Positions 8,280 to 15,919 of a stretch of DNA of 15,919 nt are shown in pieces (positions within the stretch are counted from its first letter, which is position 1; the number at the start of each line of letters is the position of its first letter). The DNA comes from Candidatus Hodarchaeota archaeon (GTDB taxonomy: Archaea; Asgardarchaeota; Heimdallarchaeia; Hodarchaeales; Hodarchaeaceae): NCBI GenBank assembly GCA_029856365.1, contig JAHQWW010000084.1:1-15919 (forward strand), in the 5' to 3' direction. Under the pieces are notes generated by a model. That model had not been told where the DNA came from, ran no database searches, and saw nothing but the letters and a program-made list of their open reading frames with translations. A program made the translations under genes and the position numbers.

Positions 8280-9365
8280 TTATTCTTCATCTTCTGGTTG
8301 ATATTCAAAAATAAGTGGTGGCTTTTTTGCCTCGATCCCTTCTTTTAACAATAACTGTTCGTTATGCACTGAATCTTTATCTCCTAATTTAGTTCCTTCA
8401 TGAAAACACCAAAGAGCATAACTTTTGTATTCAAGAAGATCATCTTCCAGTACTGCTTCTTTAATATGTTTTTTATAATATATATTTCCAAGATTAAACC
8501 AAGCTTTGATATATTTTGGATTCGCTTCGAGTGATTTTTGAGTATAATCGATTGCTTTATTCAAATCGCCAATTTTATAATAAACACTGCCTAATTCTGA
8601 CCACGCTGATTCCTTATCAGGAGCTAACTCCAACCCCTTAGTATATGACTTGACTGCGTTAATTAAATCATCTTCTAATCCCTGGTTATAGTATAGATTG
8701 CCAAGAGCAAACCATAATTCAGAATGTTCTGATAAGGTGTTTAATGCTCTTTCATAAGTTAAAATTCCGTTCCTAATTTCCCCTAAGTCGCGATAAACAA
8801 TTCCTAGATTTATCCATGCCTTTAAATGTAATGGATCAGTTTCTAAAGCCTTTTCGTAACATATAATGGCTTCTTTGAACATACCTCCATTATAATATAG
8901 GATACCAAGGTTATAATGTGCAGAGGTATACTTTGGATCAAGTTTGAGGGTTTTTTGATAAGCCCCTATTGCTTTTTTTACGTCTGTATTTTCATAAAAC
9001 CTAGCCAAATTGTACCAATTTGGTGCATAATCAGGTTTCAGTTCAATTGCTCTAAAAAAAGCATCTTTAGCTTTATTTAATTGTCCCAATTCTAAAAATA
9101 CATTTCCTAGATTTAACCAGATTGATGCAGCTTGTGGATTTTTCTCTAACACATTTTTATAGTATTTTAAGGCTTCTTCCCATTCTTTTTGGGCATAATA
9201 ACAATTACCCAACCCAAATTGTGCATCAATGTAGTTTGGGTCGATCGTTAAAGCATAAATAAAGTTCTCTATAGCGGTATTAATGTCTCCTTTCCGATAA
9301 TTGGTGGTTCCTAGATCAGTCCACTCTTTCTCGGTTGTAGGTCTACTTGATGATTCATTATTCAT
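8280..9365 (-). CDS. Tetratricopeptide-repeat protein (~9 TPRs)
   Basis: 34-aa repeats with W..LG..Y...G....A...Y..AL...P consensus span almost the whole length, ending in a short acidic tail. No catalytic domain is visible. Confidence 0.93.
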   Translation of the reverse strand: MNNESSSRPTTEKEWTDLGTTNYRKGDINTAIENFIYALTIDPNYIDAQFGLGNCYYAQKEWEEALKYYKNVLEKNPQAASIWLNLGNVFLELGQLNKAKDAFFRAIELKPDYAPNWYNLARFYENTDVKKAIGAYQKTLKLDPKYTSAHYNLGILYYNGGMFKEAIICYEKALETDPLHLKAWINLGIVYRDLGEIRNGILTYERALNTLSEHSELWFALGNLYYNQGLEDDLINAVKSYTKGLELAPDKESAWSELGSVYYKIGDLNKAIDYTQKSLEANPKYIKAWFNLGNIYYKKHIKEAVLEDDLLEYKSYALWCFHEGTKLGDKDSVHNEQLLLKEGIEAKKPPLIFEYQPEDEE

Positions 9366-9848
9366 ACTTAGAATCCCTGTTAATTATTGAAAGTCTTCAG
9401 CATTTTTATTGCTTATTTTTTCCTTTTTATAATTTAATGTTCATAAATACAATTATCGTATCATTGATATATTAAATTCGGTATTAATTTGAAGATTCGA
9501 ATTCAATTATTTAAATAAATTAATTTTGTCGGATTTTATCTTTGATCTTGGAATAAATCAACAAAATTCTCAAAATTCCTTTCTTTTTGGTTCAAATTAT
9601 GTTAAAAAGGGTTAATTTTTCTTCATGCTTTTTTTTTACAATTCTTTTATTTTGTCGGTAATATGATGAAATTAATCCTAAGAGGAAGCTTACTCCGTCT
9701 AATATTGGAGTATTCCATTTATCTGCTGATTAATTTTCCAGAAAGATTTTTCAATGATTCTCCACTATAAAAAATTGGTTGCAAAGATTAACCTCATATT
9801 TATGTCAGGTAATTTTGTGAGAATTTAAGATATTAATACCATGTATTA

Positions 9849-12512
9849 TTGAAAAGACCGAAATTTTCTTCAACTGGTGAATTAATGCGAGCCCGTATCC
9901 AACTTCGGAATCGAAGTTATATTTGGGAAGCAATTAAACAACATCCCCGTACCGTCGCTCTAATTGTTACATCGATGATTACACTTCCTCTTTTTGCATT
10001 CACATCTTTACCTCCAGTTGAAGTTACTGAAGAAATTCTCCAAAATACGGTGGAAGAAATTCAAATTCCAGTTGAAGTCCCTGTTAATGTTTCAGTTGAG
10101 ATTCCTATAGAAATTAATCAAACTATTGAAGAGGAGGTTAATAAAACAATTGAAGTGGAGGTAAATATTACAAAAGAAGTGGTGGTTAATACCACAATTG
10201 GAGTCAATATTACAGAAGGAGGTAGTATTTTTCTCGAATCACAGCCGTTACCGCCACTTATCAACATGGATATCGTTTTTTGTATCGATACTTCAGGTAG
10301 TATGGATGCAAATCGGATGCCACTAGCAAAAGCCGCTATTCGTAACACCTTGAATTTGATAAATCAATCGTACTGGGCGAATTTATCAAATGATCAAGTG
10401 TCTTTAGTATCATTTGATTTTGTTAGTGATGGAGATTGGACGACCGATGCGACACTTCATACTCCGTTAGATTATGTGAGTAACCAGACACATCTGTCGT
10501 ATCTTTTGAGTGAGGTGGAGACTTTAAGTGGTAGTGGGGGAACCAACGCATGGGCTGGGTTGAACGTCTCATTGGATGCTTTATTCAATACACAACGTAA
10601 TTCATCAGTTTTAAAAACCATTCTCTTTCTTACGGATGGGAAACATAATTCAGGCCCTTGGGGCACGGAGGTCGATGCGGGAAACTATACTGGCTTCATG
10701 CAACTGCCTTCAAATCGAGCACCCGCTTCAGCCAGTCCGATTGTAGTAGCAAGGAACAATAGTGTCAAGATTTACTCAATTGGTTTGTTTGAAGGAGCCA
10801 CATATGATTTTGATGAGTTATTTTTAAGAAATATCTCGTTGGATGAAAATTATGGAACCGCTGGCGACTTTTTTGTAGGGAATGATACGTTATCCTTATC
10901 TGAGGGCTTTTTAATGGCCCGTGATCATGCATCTGGCTGGGTGACTGTGAATAGCTCGGAAGTGGTCCTCCAAGACACTGGTGCACTCCAAATGTTTACC
11001 TTTAATGTTACAAAAGATATTAGAAGGCTTAAATGGGATTTAAATTGGAATAATCCTTCTGTTGACTTTAATTTGACAATTATTGACCCCAATGGGACTT
11101 TTATCGATATTTCTACCAATATCACTAAAAATATTATTCCCATTACACTCCAAAAACCGAAATCTATCATCTTCGATTTCCCAATGCTTGGATTTTGGCG
11201 GTTTAACATATCCTGGCAAAATATCACAAGCCCAGGAGACCTCATTAAGGGGAGACTCTCCTCTTACAATCCCCCAATCTTCATTGAATCTATTACGCAA
11301 TTTAATTCAACAACTTTCAATACTACTCTAGAATCCTTTCCTCTAAGCCCAAAATTATTGACGCAGGATACTACACAACCATTTCTGGATATTATTTCAT
11401 ATAGACTAAGTGATTCGGATGATGGTGTCTTTAGTAATCAATCAGTGTATTTTTTGGTGAATGTAACCAATAAAAATCCTTGGTTTACCTATAATAATAT
11501 TACTCCTTATGTACTTGCTAATTTCACTGCTTTCAATGTTAGTTATACATGGGATCCTTCAGTTGTTAACATCTTAATAACGAACGAATCAATCTCATTT
11601 CTCTTCAATCTCACCTTCCTTGAACCTACCCTTCTTCAGGGTGATATCTTTTTTAAAGTAAACTGTTCTGAGGGATATTATGATGCTATAGCCCAATCAG
11701 TTACTCTAGATTATCGGATTACAACACAAAATATTACTGTGGAAAGCCATCTTGAAAATCAAACTATAACTGTTTTTGAAAATCGTACTGTTTTAGTTAC
11801 AGAAAATCGAACTATTATTACAATCGTAAACTCTACTAGCTATGAGCTTAGAACCCAAATTACTCTTGTTCCTAGTACAACTAATGTTTTGAAATATACT
11901 TATGACCGCCAAATGTTTGATACTCTTAAATGGATAGGATTTTTCGCAACACTAGCTCTGTTAATGTCGTTTTTAGCGGTCTATATCATGTCTCAAGCAC
12001 ATCATCTGAAAGATATTGCTTATAAATTCAGAGGGCGTTTTTTCCAAGATCAATCTGCCTTGGAATTGGCCTTACGACAGGAAGGGATTACAATTGCTCC
12101 CGCAGACCTTAGTTCAGTAATGATGGAAGCGGATGATTTAGATCAGCTTGGAGAGAGTATCTTTAATTTAACAGGAAAGCATCTATCTCCAGAAGAGTTG
12201 ATTAGAATAGCATCTGGAACCAATATGGATAGGATTGCCGAAAGGATAAGTTATGTTACTGGTATGTCTAGGGATGAGATTATCTCTCATCTGAGAGATG
12301 CTCCAAGCATTGAAGTACTAATACAACGATTAGATTTAGATAGCGAACGATTTCTAGATATTATCGCTCGTGATGAGGATGTATTAAACTTTCAAAAAAG
12401 AATTTCTAACTTAATGACCCCAACAGCACGTGTAATATCCAGAATCCGAATCTATGACGATTTAAATGTTGACCACTTCAGATCTCGCTTAAGAGAAAAA
12501 TTCCATTCATAA
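9849..12512 (+). CDS. Two-TM membrane glycoprotein with extracellular von Willebrand factor A (MIDAS) domain, beta-sandwich domains and a helical cytoplasmic tail
   Basis: TM1 is VALIVTSMITLPLFAFTSL. The VWA domain has DIVFCIDTSGS (DxSxS at 10287-10301), GGTN and ILFLTDG. It is followed by a PPC-like domain (LNWNNPSVDFNLTIIDPNG...GFWRFNI), a further Ig-like region, TM2 (WIGFFATLALLMSFLAVYIM, ~11931-11990) and many N-x-S/T sequons. The start may instead be ATG 9885, which is preceded by GGTGA. Confidence 0.9.
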   Translation: MKRPKFSSTGELMRARIQLRNRSYIWEAIKQHPRTVALIVTSMITLPLFAFTSLPPVEVTEEILQNTVEEIQIPVEVPVNVSVEIPIEINQTIEEEVNKTIEVEVNITKEVVVNTTIGVNITEGGSIFLESQPLPPLINMDIVFCIDTSGSMDANRMPLAKAAIRNTLNLINQSYWANLSNDQVSLVSFDFVSDGDWTTDATLHTPLDYVSNQTHLSYLLSEVETLSGSGGTNAWAGLNVSLDALFNTQRNSSVLKTILFLTDGKHNSGPWGTEVDAGNYTGFMQLPSNRAPASASPIVVARNNSVKIYSIGLFEGATYDFDELFLRNISLDENYGTAGDFFVGNDTLSLSEGFLMARDHASGWVTVNSSEVVLQDTGALQMFTFNVTKDIRRLKWDLNWNNPSVDFNLTIIDPNGTFIDISTNITKNIIPITLQKPKSIIFDFPMLGFWRFNISWQNITSPGDLIKGRLSSYNPPIFIESITQFNSTTFNTTLESFPLSPKLLTQDTTQPFLDIISYRLSDSDDGVFSNQSVYFLVNVTNKNPWFTYNNITPYVLANFTAFNVSYTWDPSVVNILITNESISFLFNLTFLEPTLLQGDIFFKVNCSEGYYDAIAQSVTLDYRITTQNITVESHLENQTITVFENRTVLVTENRTIITIVNSTSYELRTQITLVPSTTNVLKYTYDRQMFDTLKWIGFFATLALLMSFLAVYIMSQAHHLKDIAYKFRGRFFQDQSALELALRQEGITIAPADLSSVMMEADDLDQLGESIFNLTGKHLSPEELIRIASGTNMDRIAERISYVTGMSRDEIISHLRDAPSIEVLIQRLDLDSERFLDIIARDEDVLNFQKRISNLMTPTARVISRIRIYDDLNVDHFRSRLREKFHS

Positions 12513-12532
12513 TGATTGGTAGTTTGGCAAGG

Positions 12533-13459
12533 TTAAAAGCTATAGATCCGGTCTTTTAGGTGTTGATATTGATTATCGGTGACCTCTCGGATAATTGACT
12601 CTGTAAAATCACGGATCATTCCTTCAGCTGTAGATTGGAAATCTTTTGCACACTTCATTTTCCCAAAAAGAGAATCAATTGTTGGAATTTGGTATTGGCT
12701 GGTTATTGTTATAAATTGTAGATCTTCTCTAATTTTTCCATATGTTTTTATTGAGAAATCATTAGCGATTCTTTCAAGCCATTTATTCGAGAGGACTTTC
12801 TCAGAGACTTGGTTGAATATCACTCCATTAAGAGACAATTTAGGATTAGCAATCGAATTATAATCTGATAGGAACACTAAAAGACTCTCTACCTCCTTTG
12901 ATAATTCCTCATATTTTTCCTTGCTGCAATCTACTACTCCAACAATAATGTTTGAATTAAGTAAAGCAGGGATGATTGAATTATTTTTTTCTCTAACTTC
13001 AATTACTGGTAAATCATAAAAGATATAACGAGTACCTGCTTTTTCTAATAGCAAAGAAATATCCCATAATATCTTTGTTAGATCAAGAGTTTCTGTTTTT
13101 GTTAAAAAACTGGTCATACCACGAGGAAAGAGAGGAATCATAAAAAATAGAGGTTCATTAGTATCTTTATGAACAAATTTAGAGGGAAAACTGCATTTTG
13201 ACCAATCTGGTTCTGTTGAGGATCTCATCTCTTCTATTAATGAGGTTAATTCCCCCATTCTCATTAGAATCTTGTCGGAAGCGAAAAATAACAAAGTTGA
13301 ATACATGTTTGAAAAATCAAATATACAAGCAATTGGGAAGTCAAACTGCTTTTCTTGATCTTCTTTTATCCTATTCTTAACAATTTCATAACCAATTGAA
13401 GCCATTACAGGAGTTTGACTAGCAGTAGTCCCAGTTGAAATAAATGACACCCTGAACAT
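12533..13459 (-). CDS. MinD/ParA-family (SIMIBI) fold protein with degenerate Walker A; probable pseudo-ATPase
   Basis: Motif order follows MinD/ParA: RVSFIS-TGTTASQT-helix (P-loop position), ACIFDFS (cf. VLLIDAD), RYIFYDLP (cf. YDYILIDTP), ALLNSNIIVGVVD, LNGVIFNQV (cf. GVVLNRV) and YGKIRED (cf. LG.IP.D). Confidence 0.72.
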   Translation of the reverse strand: MFRVSFISTGTTASQTPVMASIGYEIVKNRIKEDQEKQFDFPIACIFDFSNMYSTLLFFASDKILMRMGELTSLIEEMRSSTEPDWSKCSFPSKFVHKDTNEPLFFMIPLFPRGMTSFLTKTETLDLTKILWDISLLLEKAGTRYIFYDLPVIEVREKNNSIIPALLNSNIIVGVVDCSKEKYEELSKEVESLLVFLSDYNSIANPKLSLNGVIFNQVSEKVLSNKWLERIANDFSIKTYGKIREDLQFITITSQYQIPTIDSLFGKMKCAKDFQSTAEGMIRDFTESIIREVTDNQYQHLKDRIYSF

Positions 13460-13635
13460 TACATTTCTTTCCAGACAGTTAATTTAATAACTTTGATAAA
13501 TCTGATCTAAAAATATTATCTGTTCAATACTTATAATCTTATAGTTACCTTTTAATAATTATTGAATAAGCTCCATAATGATATTAATTACCCCATTTAA
13601 TAATAATAAAAATAGAAAATAGAGAATTTAATAGA

Positions 13636-13773
13636 ATGGTTAAAATGGTTAAATGTCCAAAGTGTAAAAATGAGCTAGTATATATCGGCCCAGATCAAGA
13701 TGATAAACAAGAATTATGTTTTTGTTACTGGTGTGAAACTTGTCAACAACACTATTGGAACTATCCAAACTAA
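13636..13773 (+). CDS. Small C4 zinc-ribbon protein (45 aa; alternative start 13645)
   Basis: Translation is MVKMVKCPKCKNELVYIGPDQDDKQELCFCYWCETCQQHYWNYPN*. It has two CxxC knuckles (CPKC, WCETC), sits in an intergenic gap and is followed by T-runs. Confidence 0.7.
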   Translation: MVKMVKCPKCKNELVYIGPDQDDKQELCFCYWCETCQQHYWNYPN

Positions 13774-13833
13774 TTTTTCAAGATTTAAACTTTTTTAGAA
13801 AGTTAATAAGCTTTAGCGGATTTAATAATCCTT

Positions 13834-15492
13834 TCATTCAATTATTCTCTCGGTTTTCTCCCCAATTTTATAGATTTGACTATTTTTCTTCTTTTTCTGT
13901 AAATCTGTAAGGATATTTTCCACATGGTTTTGATGAGGCCAGTTAGGAGGTGCAGCAAGTAAGGCAAAACGAAAAGCTTGTTCTGCCTCATTTAGACGCC
14001 ATAGTTTGCATAAAACAGCACCTAAGTTGGCATAAGCAAGGTGATTATTTGGATTATGTTTTAGAACCTCATTAAATACTTCCTCTGCTTCTCTCAATCG
14101 ATTCTCCTCGGCCAACAGTTCTCCCAAACGGAGTTGAATATTCATCTGAGTGGGGTTATGCTTTAATGCTGTTTGATAGGCTTCTTCTGCCTTCTTAAGA
14201 CGATGTTGCCTATGTAGAAGAACTCCCAGATTATGCCAAGCTTTTTCATTTGTTGAATCATATTTCAGCGCATTTCGATAAGCCCCTTCTGCTTCAAATA
14301 TACGCCCTTGGTTTTCTAATAAATAACCTAGATTATACCATGCATCGGTATGGTTATGTTTTAATTGGATTGCAGTGTGATAAGATTGCTCTGCTTCCGT
14401 CAAATGTCCTTTTTCAGTAAGAAGATTCCCTAAGTTATACCATGTACTAGCTTGACTAGTCTCATATTTCAGAGAAATGCGATAAGCATTTTCTGCCTGT
14501 TTTAAGTACCCGCGTCTATGTAACAAACTTCCCATATTATTCCAAGCGTTTGAATGATAATGATCATACTCTAATGCTTTTTGATAGGCTTCCTCTGCTT
14601 CGACTAAACGGTTTTGATTTTCATATGATATTCCAAGGTTCCACCAAGCATCTGCATTAGCGGATTCATTGTTTAGGGCAGCTTGACATGCCTTTTCTGC
14701 TTCAATAGATTGTTTTTGATCATTTAATACTCTACTCAGATTTACCCATGTATTAGTTTGAGAGGGGTCATATTTTAGGGATGTTTGATAAGCCTTTTTT
14801 GCTTCTCCGAGCTGTTCCTGTTCCCTAAGTATATCTCCTAGTTTTGACCATATTTCAGCATTCTTTGGTTCGAGTTTGACTGCTATCTGATAAGCTTCTC
14901 TTAGATGGCCTTGATTCAATAAGACATTCTTCAAATTAGTCAAAGAATTTGTATGCTTTGGTTCATATTTTAATACCAATCGATAGGCTTTTACTGCTTC
15001 AGAAAATTGCTTCTTTTTTTCAAGTAAAACTCCTAAATTGTACCAGCTTTTTATATTGGTTGGTTTAGATTCTAGGGCTATTCGAAATGCTTCCTCTGCT
15101 TCTGTTAGACGATTCTGTTCAGTTAATAACACCCCTAGATTTGTCAGGACTGAGGCGTGTGTACGATCATGCAATAAAGCCGACCAAAATTCCTTTTCTG
15201 CTTCAGTAAAACGATTCTGTTTGTACAACAATTTTCCGAGATTATTCCGAACATCAACGTTACCAGGTTCATATCTAAGGGCTTTTCGGAAGGACCTCTC
15301 AGCTTCTATGAGTTTTTTTTGCTTATATAAACAAATTCCGAGATAAGACCATGCTTTAGTAAAAGCAGAATTGTGTTTCAGAGCTGTTCGATAAGCCTTC
15401 TCTGCCTCAGTCAAACGACCCTGTTTAAAATGAAATGTACCTCTTTTAAACCACTTATCCGCATCAAAAGGATCATCTTGAAGTAATTTCAT
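13834..15492 (-). CDS. Tetratricopeptide-repeat protein (15 TPRs plus capping helix)
   Basis: There are fifteen consecutive repeats with consensus AWxNLGxLLxxQxRLxEAExAYxxALxxxP. The sixth unit is 3 aa short. No other domain. Confidence 0.95.
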   Translation of the reverse strand: MKLLQDDPFDADKWFKRGTFHFKQGRLTEAEKAYRTALKHNSAFTKAWSYLGICLYKQKKLIEAERSFRKALRYEPGNVDVRNNLGKLLYKQNRFTEAEKEFWSALLHDRTHASVLTNLGVLLTEQNRLTEAEEAFRIALESKPTNIKSWYNLGVLLEKKKQFSEAVKAYRLVLKYEPKHTNSLTNLKNVLLNQGHLREAYQIAVKLEPKNAEIWSKLGDILREQEQLGEAKKAYQTSLKYDPSQTNTWVNLSRVLNDQKQSIEAEKACQAALNNESANADAWWNLGISYENQNRLVEAEEAYQKALEYDHYHSNAWNNMGSLLHRRGYLKQAENAYRISLKYETSQASTWYNLGNLLTEKGHLTEAEQSYHTAIQLKHNHTDAWYNLGYLLENQGRIFEAEGAYRNALKYDSTNEKAWHNLGVLLHRQHRLKKAEEAYQTALKHNPTQMNIQLRLGELLAEENRLREAEEVFNEVLKHNPNNHLAYANLGAVLCKLWRLNEAEQAFRFALLAAPPNWPHQNHVENILTDLQKKKKNSQIYKIGEKTERIIE

Positions 15493-15671
15493 TTTGAAAA
15501 TCGCTCAGATTCCCAGATATGAATACAAAATTCCCTATTAACATACTAGACTGTGAAAAGCTTTACTTCGATATATTTCAGTCCTTCACTCGAAAAAGTA
15601 ATAAGAAAAGTTAAGAATTTAAATATTTCAGGTTTATTAACTAAGTAGAAAGTTTTTGGTTTGAAGTATCT

Positions 15672-15919
15672 ATGACATGGAAACATACACTAGGAAAACC
15701 TGGTAATACATATATCATTAGTAAACATTGGGTGAAGAAGAACTTACCAAAATCAAAAAGATTACCAAAATCTTCATCCAAGACAATCTGTCCTGACTAT
15801 ATTTATAATATTGGGTATCACTATCTCCCTGATGATCCTACAAATCCCCAAGAATTATGGGTATGTTTGAAAACAGGGGATCTCTTCACGAAAACTGATG
15901 TATTAGCATGGCTTAAAGA
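15672..15919 (+). CDS. Hypothetical protein, truncated at the right edge
   Basis: The frame is open from ATG 15672 to the window end (MTWKHTLGKPGNTYIISKHWVKKNLP...QELWVCLKTGDLFTKTDVLAWLK) and is divergent from the TPR gene. No recognisable family. Confidence 0.55.
   Translation, partial: MTWKHTLGKPGNTYIISKHWVKKNLPKSKRLPKSSSKTICPDYIYNIGYHYLPDDPTNPQELWVCLKTGDLFTKTDVLAWLK

Noticed and set aside
8117-8308. 63-aa minus-strand ORF overlapping the end of the TPR gene
   Set aside because: It has no recognisable motif and is plausible by chance in AT-rich DNA. It cannot be fully excluded as a coupled small gene.
10118-15346. Antisense or alternative-frame ORFs within the VWA, MinD-like and TPR genes (also 7067-7258 opposite gelsolin)
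   Set aside because: They overlap well-supported genes and show no protein-like motifs.
13834-15492. O-GlcNAc transferase call for the TPR protein
   Set aside because: The protein ends after the TPRs, with no glycosyltransferase domain.

Overview
AT-rich archaeal window, very likely from an Asgard archaeon (inferred from a stand-alone gelsolin-domain gene, a TrmB-type regulator, dense N-glycosylation sequons and archaeal-type SD motifs). The ORF track misses the largest gene, a minus-strand ORF from TTG 5981 that runs off the left edge (>1990 aa). It encodes a secreted S8 subtilisin-like protease with an intact D/H/S triad, a beta-sandwich inserted in the catalytic domain, a PPC-like domain and at least 15 tandem 82-aa (246-bp) Ig-like repeats. 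To its right are a small ORF plus hairpin, a single-domain gelsolin, a TrmB-like wHTH protein with a helical-repeat N-terminus and a 9-TPR protein. Next come a two-TM VWA (MIDAS) surface protein whose head is flanked by two matching, sequon-periodic beta-strand segments, a MinD/ParA-fold protein with a degenerate P-loop, an unannotated Zn-ribbon microprotein, a 15-TPR protein and a truncated hypothetical ORF. The most novel candidates are the beta-ribbon-stalked VWA receptor, the adjacent pseudo-ATPase and the giant stalked protease. All calls come from manual reading and translation; no database search was run.
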